A stretch of 64,000 nt of DNA from Okamejei kenojei (Eukaryota), in assembly GCA_035221665.1 (NCBI GenBank), contig CM069139.1, positions 30,070,001-30,134,000 of the forward strand, in the 5' to 3' direction. Under the pieces are notes generated by a model, which was not told where the DNA came from, searched no databases, and was given only the letters and a program-made list of their open reading frames with translations. Positions 23,705 through 35,925 of this stretch are shown here, piece by piece. The stretch's first letter is position 1; the number at the start of each line of letters is the position of its first letter. The position numbers and the translations under genes were made by a program.

Positions 23705-25074
23705 CAGGGCCGGCCTTAGGAGTTGCGGGGCCCAATTGGGAACAATTTTGGTGAGCCTGAGGTTCCCAGCCAAGGTCTGTAGATTCATAGAAATATAATT
23801 AAAGTCTATTAAATACTTTATATCTCTATGGTAGAATGGAAAGTAATCAAAATGTACACTTAAAAAGCTACATTTTAATATAGATTTGCATACATGTAAG
23901 CCTACTAGTAACAAACAAAATGTGTAGATCACCTCTGAAGAGTACATAGTTACAATACCACTTGTTTTAGTGACTGAAATTAAAAAAAAGTAATTTAAAT
24001 AGATCCTGGAAAACCATTAGTGAAAAACCAGTCCAGGCATTACATTTTGGGCTTCAGCCCCATCCTACCCTTTGGGCTTCTACCCCATCCTAACTTATTT
24101 GTGTGTTTTAGTTGTCTGTGTGTGATGTGTGTGTTAGTTGTCTGTGTGTTATGTGTGTGTGGGAGGGAGGGAGAGAAGTGAGGAAGCAAAGATCCTATAG
24201 CAAACAAGATAGACCACTCCTGCTAAATGCAATGGGCTGACGTGTAGTACGCAACGGACCGGAATGTGGGCCTTTTTCATCCATTTCAGTGACCCGACTC
24301 GCAGTGTAATCAGTGTTGCGGAGGAACAGTTTGTGTTAATAAATTATAATTCTGAAAATGAGGAGAAGATTTTTCCCAAATAACTCTTATTTTTACGAGG
24401 ATGTTTCCGTAACTGGCTTCCATCTCTGCACTAGTATCCTATGGGATCTTTGGTGCGGAGACGGAAGCTGGTTACGGAAATGGGGCCGAAAATGACCCAT
24501 GAATCTGCCCATGACCGTACTACGTCTTTTTCGTCGAGTGATCTATCTTGCTTGCTATAGGATCTTTGGGAGGAAGGATAGAAGGGAGGGAGGGAAGTAG
24601 AGAAAGGAGGGAGGGAAGGAGAGAAAGAAGGGATGGAGCAAATGAGAGAAGGGAAAAGGGAGAAGAGGGAGATGGCCGGCGGCGGGAGTGGATGCCAGTG
24701 GATGGGTGTGAGCTGAGGCCGATGTTTGTAAACATTGCTCCAACCCCAGGCCTGCCCTCCGTGTAGTGTTCACCGTGTCTCCCTGGGGGGAGAGAGGGGT
24801 GGAACCAGGGCTGTGTGCATGAAGCACGGCGACTGGAGGGGCGGGAGCGCTGCCGTGAGCGAACGACCCACATCCCCCTCTCCCCCTTCTCCATTCCCCC
24901 TCACACCCCCCTCCCTGTCTACCCCTTTCTTCCCCCTCCACCCCTCTACTCTATCTCCCCCCCCCCCCCCTGCACCCGGGATAGATCTATCCGAGCCGAG
25001 AGTAGATTACTCTGGTGCGGGGCCCCCTTACTCGCGGGGCCCAATTGGGAGCAATCGGCTTAAGGCCGGCCCTG
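23705..25074. mobile_element. Non-autonomous hAT-type DNA transposon
   Basis: TIR CAGGGCCGGCCTTA / TAAGGCCGGCCCTG, perfect 8-bp TSD TTAAGGCC (23697-704, 25075-82). Confidence 0.9.
24187..24568. mobile_element. 382-bp non-autonomous DNA transposon, probably P superfamily, nested in the hAT element
   Basis: 33-bp TIR CAAAGATCCTATAGCAA(A/G)CAAGATAGA(C/T)CACTC; TSD TGAGGAAG / GGAGGAAG. Confidence 0.85.
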
Positions 25075-25983
25075 TTAAGGCCAATGGGACAGTACCTGTG
25101 CTGTCCTGTTCTATGTTGATGGTTAGAAATACTGGCATTGTCATAGACCACCAGGTTCCAGGACAGCTTCTTACCAACAGGCTATTGAATATTACAAAAT
25201 CCTGGACACAAATAATAACAAAGCAAATTACTCCAGCAATTTTGTGAATCCATAGCCTTATGAAATGGACAACTTTGCTGTCAGATGGCTGACATGACAA
25301 ATTTATGTCTTTCTTAAGTGGCTTATGTTAGATTTTAACACTTCCCAGTGGACTAAAAAGCAAGTTATTATGGTCCTTCCAGTCTATAGGAGATTTTGAA
25401 AGATATTTTGGAATGGATGTATTATCTCAGTAGCTAAGCCTTTTAAAATCAAAGGATGTAAACCATCAGGTTTGAGATCATATTTCAATCTTTCTAATTT
25501 GTCCTGTGCTATTTTATTACTGATACTAGTTTCTTTAAGTTTCACATTCTCCCTAGGCACCTTATAGCTATATAATAAGAAAAAAGGATAGGTTATTTGA
25601 GGTGCTTTGGAATGACCAAGCTTGGACTTGCAATTCTACTGAATTCTTTACCTTTCTTTCAACAGTGGTCAATACTCAAGAAACGGGAAGCTCTTCATTT
25701 TGACGGAAGTCATAATTAGAGGAGTGTTCATCTTCTGTCACTCAAGCGCCCCTCCAAGACGTGCTCCAAGACAAGCAAATGAACTTGAATATGAAAAATA
25801 GCATGTAATTGGCAAATAAATTTTGTTGACAGAAATCCCTCGAAAATAACATTTATTTTCTTCTAAATAGAAGCGTAAATATAAACTGAAATTAATATAG
25901 CCAATAATACACTGAAGCGTTAATGTTAAACATTGAAATATAGACACAGTGGGTGTCTCGCACCTCTTTTCTCAAAAACAATT

Positions 25984-26665
25984 ATGGCAAAAATAGGTCA
26001 ACAATGGTTAAATCTACCTCAGGATATATTGTTGGAAGTATTTCGATATCTTTCATTTGAGGAAAAGGCTAATGTTCGTGCAACTTGCAAGTATTTCCAT
26101 CAATTGATTGACCATCCTACTCTGTGGCTGAAGAAGACGGTTGTCCTAAAACGTTTACAAAGTTGTAACACCTGTTTTTGGACAACACTCAGAAAAAGGA
26201 GAATAAGATGTCTGGTGATTAAGGAAGCAACATCGAAGCAATTGCAGAAGATGGTTAATTTAATTCCTAACTTGACATCTGTTTCTATGAATGTGAAAAT
26301 GAACATAGAAAGACTGCGTACCCTGAGACCACTGGCAAACTTGCAAAACCTGCAGCTGAGTAACAGTTCATTAGTGCTAGACCAAGAGTTGCTGAGCGAA
26401 GTGGTTACCTTCAAACAATTGACAACATTGGTTTTATGTTCTTCGTTATTTGGCCGTAGCAGTTCGCTGTGCCTCCTTGCAGATTTAAAAGAGTTGCAAT
26501 CTTTGACACTACATATAAGGCAGAAGAACCCTCCTTTGTTATCATTTCAGTATATTTTGTTCCGGTTGCCAAAACTGAGAGAACTGTCATTAAGTTCTGT
26601 GGACACTTGGGAGAATTTATCACTGTGTTTTACAGCACCAGAAATTAGGACTTCTAAACAGCCAG
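25984..26665 (+). CDS. F-box/leucine-rich-repeat protein, coding exon 1 (F-box + LRRs)
   Basis: MAKIGQQWLNLPQDILLEVFRYLSFEEKANVRATCKYFHQLIDHPTLW is an F-box consensus followed by LxxLxL repeats. CAG|GTATG donor, phase 1. Confidence 0.9.
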
Positions 26666-27472
26666 GTATGAAAAGGATCATGGATAAAGAATTATTGTAT
26701 GTGATGTAAAAACATCCTATATGTTTGATCTATCTGGCATGCTACTTTACATGGTAGCACCTTGTATCTATAGAGGAACTGCTAGATAGATTATTGCGAC
26801 AATTTTGCTTTTCATTGAGAACATTACCCAAGGATATGGAAAAATCCAGATTTATTTTCCCAATTGGTCAGTGCAACAATACAGGCACTCTCACTTTAAA
26901 AAAAAAAAAAACACAAAACAAGCACAGGCCAATTGGGGAAAATTAAATCCGGAAAATAATTCTCCACATCCTTGGGTGATCTTCTAAACAAGGGGAAAAA
27001 ATGGGTTTGAATAATGAGAATGCAGAAGCATCTTTTTCATTTATAGGACAGAAGCAAGAGGATTGTATTTGTTGATGAAGCAAAAGAGGGAGTATATTGC
27101 TTTTTAAAAGTGGCAAATATATGGACCAGTTTGTTGGCAAGTGCTGGGAAAAGAAATCTAATCAGTTCAAGCAGTTACTTATCAATAGATTGTATTTTGA
27201 GTCCATAGTAGCTAGCCATAGGGATATTGTGTATTGTAGCACTAGATGGATTAAGATGTTCTGGTGTCTTGACCTAGGAGTCGTTAATGTAATAAAATAT
27301 TCTAAGGCTTTTAATGTTTGAAGAGTTTTACATTGAGTGAACCTGAATAGACAGTGCGTGTATCCTTTCTCTGGCTTCATACTCGCTCTAACCAGTCACA
27401 TTTAACAAACTAAGATTCTGGTGTTTAAATAATGTGTCACCATAACCAAAAGTTAAACATTTGTTCTTCCAG

Positions 27473-27688
27473 ATGGTTTTGAGCCACCCTGCATTTCACA
27501 GCTTCAGTTAGAGAAGCTGACTCTTCTCAATAGCACAAATGGTCCACTGTCCAGGAAAGCGCTCAACCAACTTTGGAATGTCCGTAGCCTTTCTGTGAGT
27601 CTTACCAGGCCCTGCGTTTTATTGAACACCAATTTTGTGCATAGCATGCTGGACAACCTGCCAAATATTACTGAATTAGAACTGTCTT
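27473..27688 (+). CDS. F-box/LRR protein, coding exon 2
   Basis: TTCTTCCAG acceptor, GTAAGT donor, 216 bp, open frame DGFEPPCISQLQLEKLTLL...LDNLPNITELELS. Absent from the ORF track. Confidence 0.88.
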
Positions 27689-29019
27689 GTAAGTAGACTA
27701 TTGCAAATGATTTGTCTCGTGAGACTCAAACTCTTAATTTTGGCCTCTTCAGCAATATTTACATTAATTATTTCAATGTTGGCTGCCTTACCTTCAGCTA
27801 TTAAAACACTCAGCTTTCTAATTACCTTTCAGAGGCTCTCTGCCTAGTTTCCTTTGTAAAAATCAGCCGCTTATTTAGCTGAATCAATTTATCCTTAAAT
27901 GAATTGGTATGACATTTTTTGGTATTACTTCTATGAGGGATCTTTGTGTGTTTTGTACAATTAAGTCACTATATAAATGCAAATTGTTCACTGTGATTCT
28001 AATTGTAGCTCACTGGAGTCTACAGAATTCAAATAAAAATAGAAAATGTTTGAAATAGTGAGCAAGTCAGGCAGCACCAGTGGGAAGAGAAATGGAAGTT
28101 GATGTTTCGGAGCTCAGACAAAGGGTCTTCGACCTTAAACATTATCTCTGTTTCTCTTCTCTCAGCTGTGGCCCAACCTGCTGAGTATTTCCAGCAGTTT
28201 TGTTTTTATTTTAGATTTCAATCACCTGTCAGTTTTTTATTTTCATTGACAAAGCTGCTAGACTAAAGCCTTTTTTTTTTGGTGATGGACTTTCATTGAA
28301 AAGGGGCTGGAGAGAAGGCAGGTACGGGACTGAGTTGGATGATCAGCCATGATGTGAAAAAAATGGCCTACTCCTGCACCTAAATTTTATTATGTTTAAT
28401 GGACCTTGGGAGGGCGGGTGGAGGGGGAATAGCGTCCATTATTACCGTCAGCTATAACTGAGTATTGGAGCGAAGGAAATAGGCAATGTTTTGGGTTGAG
28501 ACCCTTCTTCAGAGTGATGTGAGGGTGGTCTGAGTTTCTCCAGCATTTTTGTCTACCTTCGATTTTCCAGCATCTGCAGTTCCTTCTTAAATATGGTATT
28601 ATCATTGTATCAGTAGTAGAAACAAACACCTGCAGTGTTGTGGGCAGCCAGGCTGTAAGTGGCTGGGGAGCAGCCGGCAGTGCAAGCCAGTGGTGGCGTT
28701 GACAGCTGTCAGTCGGTCCGTCCATTGTTACTGAAGTCCATTAACACAAGGGATTAGTGTACCTCTAAGTGGCATAACCCTACACTTGCTATCCTCATTT
28801 CATTCTTGAAAATGCTGAAGGAAGCAACCTGGAAGCAGAAATTTTAGCTCAGAACATTTGATTAGCATAATTTTAACATTGTAATTTTATACATTTAACA
28901 ATCACTTGTATGAGTCCTGAAATGGAGGAAACAAAGGCAGAAAGATACTTCACAAAGGCAGGAGGAAATAGATGATAAGCCAAAGAAGAGGTATTGACAT
29001 AATTTAGGATGCGACTTCT

Positions 29020-31236
29020 AGAAGATTAGAGACATTAGCTTGGATGCTGTAGAATCGGTATGGGTAGAACTGCGAAATAGCCAAGGGCAGAAAACGCTTG
29101 TTGGAGTTGTATACAGACCACCAAACAGCAGTAGAGAGGTTGGGGATAGCATCAAGCAGGAAATTAGGGATATGTATAGCAAAGGTACAGCAGTTATCAT
29201 GAGTGACTTTAATCTACATATAGATTGGGGCAACCAAATTGGTAGCAGTGCTGAGGAGGATTTCCTGGAATGTGTACGGGATGGTTTTTTAAATCAATAT
29301 GAAGAGGAACTGACTAAAGGGCAGGCCATCCTAGATTGGGTAATGTGTAATGAAGAAGAATTAGTTAGTGATCTTGTTGTGCAGAGCCCCTTGGGCAACA
29401 GTGACCATAATATGGTGGAATTTTGTATTAGGATGGAGAGTGACACGGGTTAATTCAGAGACTAGGGTTCTGAACTTAAAGAAAAGGAGACTGAAGGTAT
29501 GAGATGGGAATTGGCTAGGATAGACTGGCAAATTATACTTAAAGGGTTGACGGTGGAGATGCAATGGCAAAGGTTTAAAGATCGCATGGATGAACTCCAA
29601 AAATTGTTCATCCCTGTGGCGAAAAATGAAACGGAGAATGCGGCTCATCCGTGGCTAATGAGGGAAATCAAGAATAGTGTTAAATCCAAGGAAGAGGCAT
29701 ATAAGTTGGCCAGAGGAAGCAGCAAACCAGAGGCCTGGGAGAAATTTAGAACAACAGAGGAGGACAAAGGGGTTAATTAAGGGGGAGGGAAAGAGCATGA
29801 AATAAAGCTTGCGGGGAATGTAAAAAGCTTCTTTAGATGTGTAAATAGAAAAAGATTAGTGAAGACAAATATAGGTCCATTACAATCCGAGACAGGTGAA
29901 TTTATAATGGGAAACAAGGAAATGGCAGAACAGTTAAATGAGTACTTTGTTTGTGTCTTCCTTAGTGAAGGCAGAACCAATCTCCCAGAAATACTAGGGG
30001 ACCGAGGATCTAGTGGAAGGGACGAACTGAAGGTAATCCACATTGGTCAGGTAATTGTGTTAGATAAACTGTTGGGACTGAAGGCAGATAACAAGTAGAA
30101 TGGACAAGGGAGAGCCAGTGGATGTGGTGTATCTCGACTTTCAAAAAGACTTTGACAAGGTCACACACAAAAGATTAGTGCGCAAAATTAGAGAACATGG
30201 TATTGGGGGTAGGGTATTGACATGGATAGGGAACTGATTGGCAGACAGGAAGCAAAGAATAGGAATTAATGGGTCATTTTCACAATGGGAGGCAGTGACT
30301 AGTGGGGTGCTGCAAGGCTTGGTGCTGGGACCACAGTTATTTACAATATTGACGATTTAGACGAGGGAATTAAATGTGACATCTCCAAGTTTGCGGACGA
30401 CACAAAGCTGGGTGGCAGTGTGAGCTGCTATAAGGATGCTATGAGGCTGCAGGGCGACTTGGGTAGGTTGGACAGATGCATGGCAGATGCAGTACAATGT
30501 GGATAAATGTGAGGTGGTCCTCTTTGGTGGTAAGAACAGGAAGACAGATTATTATAGTTAGGAAAAGGGGAGGTGCAACGAGACCTGGGTGTGCTTGTAC
30601 ATCAGTCACGGAAAGTAAGCATGCAGGTACAGTAAGCATGCAGGTACAGCAGGCAGTGAAGAAAGCTAATGGCATGTTGGCCTTCATTGCGAGAGGATTT
30701 GAGTTTAGTAGTAAGTGGGTCCTACTGCAGTTGTACAGGGACCTTGTGAGAAGGACATTATTGCTGTTGAGGGAGTACAGCGAAGGTTCACCAAGTTAAA
30801 TCCCGGGATGGCGGGACTGACATATGATGAAAGAATGGGTCGACCGGGCTTGTATTCACTGGTATTTAGAAGGATGTGAGGGGATCTTATAGAAACATAT
30901 AACATTTTTAAAGGACTGGACCAGCAGGAAAAATATTCCTGATGTTGGGGAGTCCAGAACCAGGGGTCACAGTTTAAGAATAAGGGGTAGGCCATTTTGG
31001 ACTGAGATGACAAAAAACTTCTTCACCCAGAGAATTGTGAATCTGGTATTCTCTGCCACAGAAGGCAGTGGAGGCCAATTCACTGGATGTTTTCAAGAGA
31101 GAGTTAGATTTAGCTCTTAGGGCTAAATGAATCAAGGGATATGGGGGAAAAGGCAGGAACAGATTTTAGATGACCAGTCAAGATCATATTGAATGGTGCT
31201 GGCTCGAATGGTCTATTCCTGCACCTATTTTTCTAT
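29020..31236 (+). mobile_element. CR1 LINE with internal deletions (endonuclease + RT remnants), in F-box gene intron 2
   Basis: VGVVYRPP, DFN, LGNSDHNMVEF, KFADDTK. Confidence 0.93.
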
Positions 31237-31296
31237 CTAAGATGAGACTAAGGCATCTGAAGTTCCTGCCACCAAAATGAACTGCACTTAACCTAA

Positions 31297-32480
31297 TATT
31301 CCCATAGCTATCTAGAATACAACCCCACTGACTCCCACAGCTATCTAGAATACAAACCCACTGATTCCCATAAGTATCTAGATACGAACCCACTGACTCC
31401 GGTCGCTATCTAGATACAAACGCACTGACTCCCATAGCTATCTCGACTACACTTCTTCCCACCCTGCTTCCTTTAAAGACTCTATCCCCTACTCCCAATT
31501 CCTCTGTCTATGCTGCATCTGCGCCAAGGTGAGGTTTTTCCATACCAGGGCATCGGAGATGTCCTCATTCTGTAGGAAACTGGGTACCCCTCTTTCATTA
31601 TAGATGAGGCTCTTGTCAGGGTCTCCTCGATATTTCGCAGCTCCGCTCTTGCTCCCCTTCCCCCCCATTCATAACAAGGACAGAGTCCCCCTTGTCCTCA
31701 CCTTCCATCCCATCAGCCGTTGCATACAGCATATAATCCTTCAATATTTTTGCCACCTCCAACGGGATCCCACTACTGGCCACATCTTCCCATCTTCACC
31801 CCTTTCTGCTTTGCACAGAGACCGTTCCCTCCTCAACTCCCTGGTCAACTCGTCCCTTCCCACTCAAACCACCCCCTTCCCAGGTACTTTGCCCTGCAAT
31901 CGCAGGAGATTCAACACCTGTCCCTTTACTTTCTCCCCCCACCCCCCCCCCCCTCGTCTCCATCCAAGGACCCCGACAGTCTTTCCAGGTGAGGCAGAGG
32001 TTCACTTGCACCTCTTCCAACCTCATATATTGTATCCACTGTTCCAGGTGTCAACTGCTGTACATCGGCGAGACCAAGCGCAGGGCACCTTAACCTACAT
32101 GATCTCCCGGTTGCTCAGCACTTTAACTCCCCCTCCCATTCCCAATCTGACCTTTCTGTCCTGTGCCTTCTCCAATGTCAGAGTGAGGTCCACTGTAAAT
32201 TGGAGGAACAGCACCTCATATTTTGCTTGGGTAACTTACATCCCAGCGGTATGAACATTGACTTCACTAACTTCAAATTGCTCTTGCTTTCCCACTCTCT
32301 CCACCCCCCCGTCCTCCCAGTTCTCCCACCAGTCTTACTATCTCCGACTACATTCCTTCTCTGTCCTGCCCACTCCCATGACATCAGTTTGAAGAAGGGT
32401 CTCGACCCGAAACATCACTCATTATTTCTCTCCAGAGATGCTGCCTGTCCTGTTGAGTTACTCCAGCATTTTGTGTCTAC
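31297..32480 (+). mobile_element. 5'-truncated Penelope-like element
   Basis: 15-bp TSD CTGCACTTAACCTAA (31282-96, 32481-95); RT thumb, Cys linker and GIY-YIG remnants, pLTR. Confidence 0.9.
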
Positions 32481-32830
32481 CTGCACTTAACCTAAATAGT
32501 GTTCTTAAGTTCTGGTGTTGTGCTTGAAGCCAAATTTTTTTTTAGGATTGTCAAGTGGTATGACCTTAAAAAATTGGTTAACTTTCTGAGTGGGATCTTC
32601 ATTTTTTTTTTAAAGAAGAATCCCGGAGGAATATTAAGATGCCATGTGCCAATGTTTTACTAAATAATCAAATGTAAGTGTTAAAATAACAAAAGTATTC
32701 AGCAAATTATTATTTCCTTGGCTCTTGATGTTTCAACTTTTTATAAAATTTTGAAGAGATGTGTAATTGTGAAAGAAAATGTTTATCAAATGGATTCTTC
32801 AGTACTTAATTTCTGTGTTAAATTTACCAG

Positions 32831-33050
32831 GGAATGGACCACTTGCTGAATTTGTGAAAGTTTTACCTTTGGAGCTCACAAAAATTGATTTGATAAATGC
32901 AAGACTTTCGAATGTCGATGTACAGCTTCTCTCTGATTCTTCAGGAAAAAGTCTTAAACATCTAAGCTTGGTGCTATGCAATGGTATTACTGAAACAATG
33001 TTAAAGCAACTGCCCAAGCAGTTTCCTTTCTTGCAGACCCTAGACCTAAG
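32831..33050 (+). CDS. F-box/LRR protein, coding exon 3
   Basis: CCAG acceptor, AG|GTAAA donor. WNGPLAEFVKVLPLELTKIDL...LKHLSLVLCNGIT...FPFLQTLDL are cysteine-containing-type LRRs; phase 1 to 2. Confidence 0.88.
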
Positions 33051-33869
33051 GTAAATTATAATACATCTGTATTAATTGATGCAAAATTCAGTTTTAATTA
33101 GTTTTTGGGAGTATTGTGGCAAAGCCAGCATTCATTGCCTATGCCTATGCCTGTGCCCATGAGGTGGTGATGGTGAGATGCCACATTGAATTACTGCAAT
33201 TCTTCTGATGAAGGTACTTCCTTGCTGTTGTTGGTTGAGGTTGAGATGTTCCAGGATTTATATCCAGTAATATTGAGGAATCAGCCATATATTTCCAAGT
33301 CCATAGGTACATTGTGATAAGAATTGTGGCTGATTCACTACTTTCCCACCCTATAGCTTGGTGCATGGAGGCTAGTTTTGATGCCCAACTATACTGAAGC
33401 TAACTCCCAAAGATACATGTTCGTACCTATAAATTATGGTTTGTATGACTGGGTGCTACATCAGCATGTTGTTTTGATCCACTGAACCATGGATAAAATT
33501 CTGGTTTGAGTAATTTTTAAATAAGGATAATTTTTTAAAACTCAAAGTATCTTCAATTGCAGTAAATGGTGCGGTCAGTTTAACCAGTTTAGTTTCTGAA
33601 AATTGTGCATAATTGGTATAAACAGCACCAGGTTTCCCGGCTTTGCTGCTTATTCTCTTGTGTTACTAAATACAAAGTCAGCAGTTAAATAGATTCAACA
33701 ACTGCTATTTAGCTGGTTTTAAACAAAGGACAGTACAGTATTGATTCTGAGCAAATAAGGTAAAGGAGAAGCTAAGGAAAAAAACTGCAATAGTCAAACT
33801 GATGGTTTTTAGCTTTTTAAAGATATGCTGACCACAATAACATCAGTAACCTCAGTCTTCAAAATTATA

Positions 33870-33984
33870 TGAAGCCTATTTCCATTTGTACTATCCTTTT
33901 AAGCAGAGATTTCAAGAGCCTTAAACTGAAGCCTATTTCCATTTGTACTATCCTTTTAAGCAGAGATTTCAAGAGCCTTAAACT
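33870..33984. repeat. Perfect 57-bp tandem duplication
   Basis: TGAAGCCTATTTCC...GAGCCTTAAAC twice. Confidence 0.95.
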
Positions 33985-34980
33985 CATGTGGGAAAATAAA
34001 ATCCTCATCTGTTCCCTCGTCCTTCTTCCAATTACTTTAACATTACACTGGTTTACTTATGTGACGTTAAGTTTTAAATTAATCAGCAGCAAATTTGTTA
34101 CGATCCTTGGGAGGCATTTAAGCAAACTTGCTGAATCCTTCTCTACATTTCTAATATTGTATTTAATTAATTATTTACATTGTTTGGTTATATTCTTATT
34201 TATTACACGAACTGTAACAAAACAAAATGCATTTGATCACCTGATGGAAACAAACCTTTCACATTTTATTCACCTTTTTGTCCTGCTTTCTGTTCTTTAT
34301 ATTTCAAACATTTTTTGTCCATGGTATCTTAATGTTCTTGGCATGATATGTCTAGCGCAGGTTTGTTAGATTATAAAAGGAGGGGGTGGGGGGGATTGGG
34401 CAGCGACCTAAACATAGAGCTGTTCCACGGGGCTACAACGTGAGCCGCAACAACAGCCGTGTCACTGGAATGTGTGGTGGGTGAAGATGGGCTCTCTGGT
34501 GCACTTTATGTATGGGAAGTCGGGTTGGAAGTCAGGGCTCTAAACAGCCGAGGAGACGGTGGGAGCCAGGGAAGGGTTGGCAGCTCATTCCATTCACATT
34601 CAGTTTATGTTTTATATTTGTTTTATGTATGTCTCTGACACTATATGGTGCTTTAGAGACACGGGAGGGGTGTCATTAACAGGCCAGGGGTGTAATATCG
34701 TTTCATTATTGCATGATCTCTGTTGGACGAGAAAACAAATAATCTAGAATGAATCTGGAACCGTGGGTGCTGGAAAATCGGTGTTCACCTATATGTAAAC
34801 TGTCAGGAATAGATGCTCCGTACAATGATCATAGAACGGGATTTGTCAAGATTGTCAGTTTACTCTTGAAGTTTTAAGCAGTTGTTTAACAATCTGAATG
34901 AATGTTAAGTTTTTAACTTTTTATTATTTCACCAAATTTACATTGCACTGCATTATTTTAACCGTCTCAATTTATTACAG

Positions 34981-35191
34981 CGGTTATAGATTGTTGAATC
35001 AAGAAATTTTGTTTGGCTTGGTGGAGATGCCGTTTCTCAAGGAAATCGTAATTTCGAACAATCCACATCTAACGGACACAGTGATGAAGCAATTTCGGAC
35101 TTTAACTGACAACAGGGTACATGTGACTCAGAAGAGCAAAAGAAATTACAATGGATGTGATTGTATATTTTATTCACAGTTATTAAGTTGA
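34981..35191 (+). CDS. F-box/LRR protein, last coding exon
   Basis: TTTATTACAG acceptor, phase 2, SGYRLLNQEILFGLVEMPFLKEIVISNNPHLTD...stop. The four exons sum to 1329 nt = 442 aa + stop. Confidence 0.88.
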
Positions 35192-35579
35192 TGAATGAGA
35201 GAATATTTTTAGATGATGAAGACATAAGCTTGATTGAGCGCTGATTATAAATGCTGCATGGAATAAGCAAGATGTGACTGGTTTGAAAACTTCAGGGTGC
35301 AGTTGAGGCAGAGGCCCAAAATTCACAGAATTTCAAATGGGAAAATGCCAATTAGATCAGAAGAGTAGAGTTCTCGAATATTTGAATGATTATAAAACTT
35401 ATCTGGTATTCTAAAATAAGTGCACACCTATATATTTTAAGTGCTAAAAAATATATATCTCTTTCTGATAAAAAGCCCCAAGCATATTTTAGGATCATTT
35501 GTTTCTCATAAGATGTGCAAGTTTCAGATTTTTATAATGATGTTCATGTTTATGATTGCCCCTAAAGAAAAGGTATCAT

Positions 35580-35925
35580 AGAGTCATAGTCATAGAGTGA
35601 TACAGTGTTAAAACTGGCCCTTCAGCCCAACTCGCCCACACCGGCCAACAATGTCCCAGCTACACTAGTCTACGCTTGGTCCATATTCCTCCAAACCTGT
35701 CTTATCCATATACCTGTCTAACTGTTTCTTGGACGATGGGATAGTCCCAACCTCAACTGCTTCCTCTGGCAGCTTGTTCCATACACCCACCACCCTTTGT
35801 GTGAAAAAGAATCCCTTGGATTCCTATTAAATCTTTTCCCCTTCACCTTGAACCTATGTCCTCGATATCTGGACCTCGATTCCCCTACTCTGGGCAAAAG
35901 ACTACCCGATCTATTCCTCTCATGA
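35580..35925 (-). mobile_element. CR1 3' fragment
   Basis: CR1 3' UTR and tail motifs. Confidence 0.85.

Noticed and set aside
24520-25247. Overlapping ORFs of 70-170 aa
   Set aside because: Purine/pyrimidine low-complexity sequence inside the hAT element.
27930-27946. GGGATCTTTG as another P-like end
   Set aside because: No partner TIR or TSD.
31300-31450. CRISPR-like array of ~32-bp repeats
   Set aside because: No spacers; the repeats are Penelope RT sequence in a eukaryotic genome.
33869-34369. 166-aa hydrophobic ORF
   Set aside because: AT-rich intron sequence containing a 57-bp tandem duplication; no family features.
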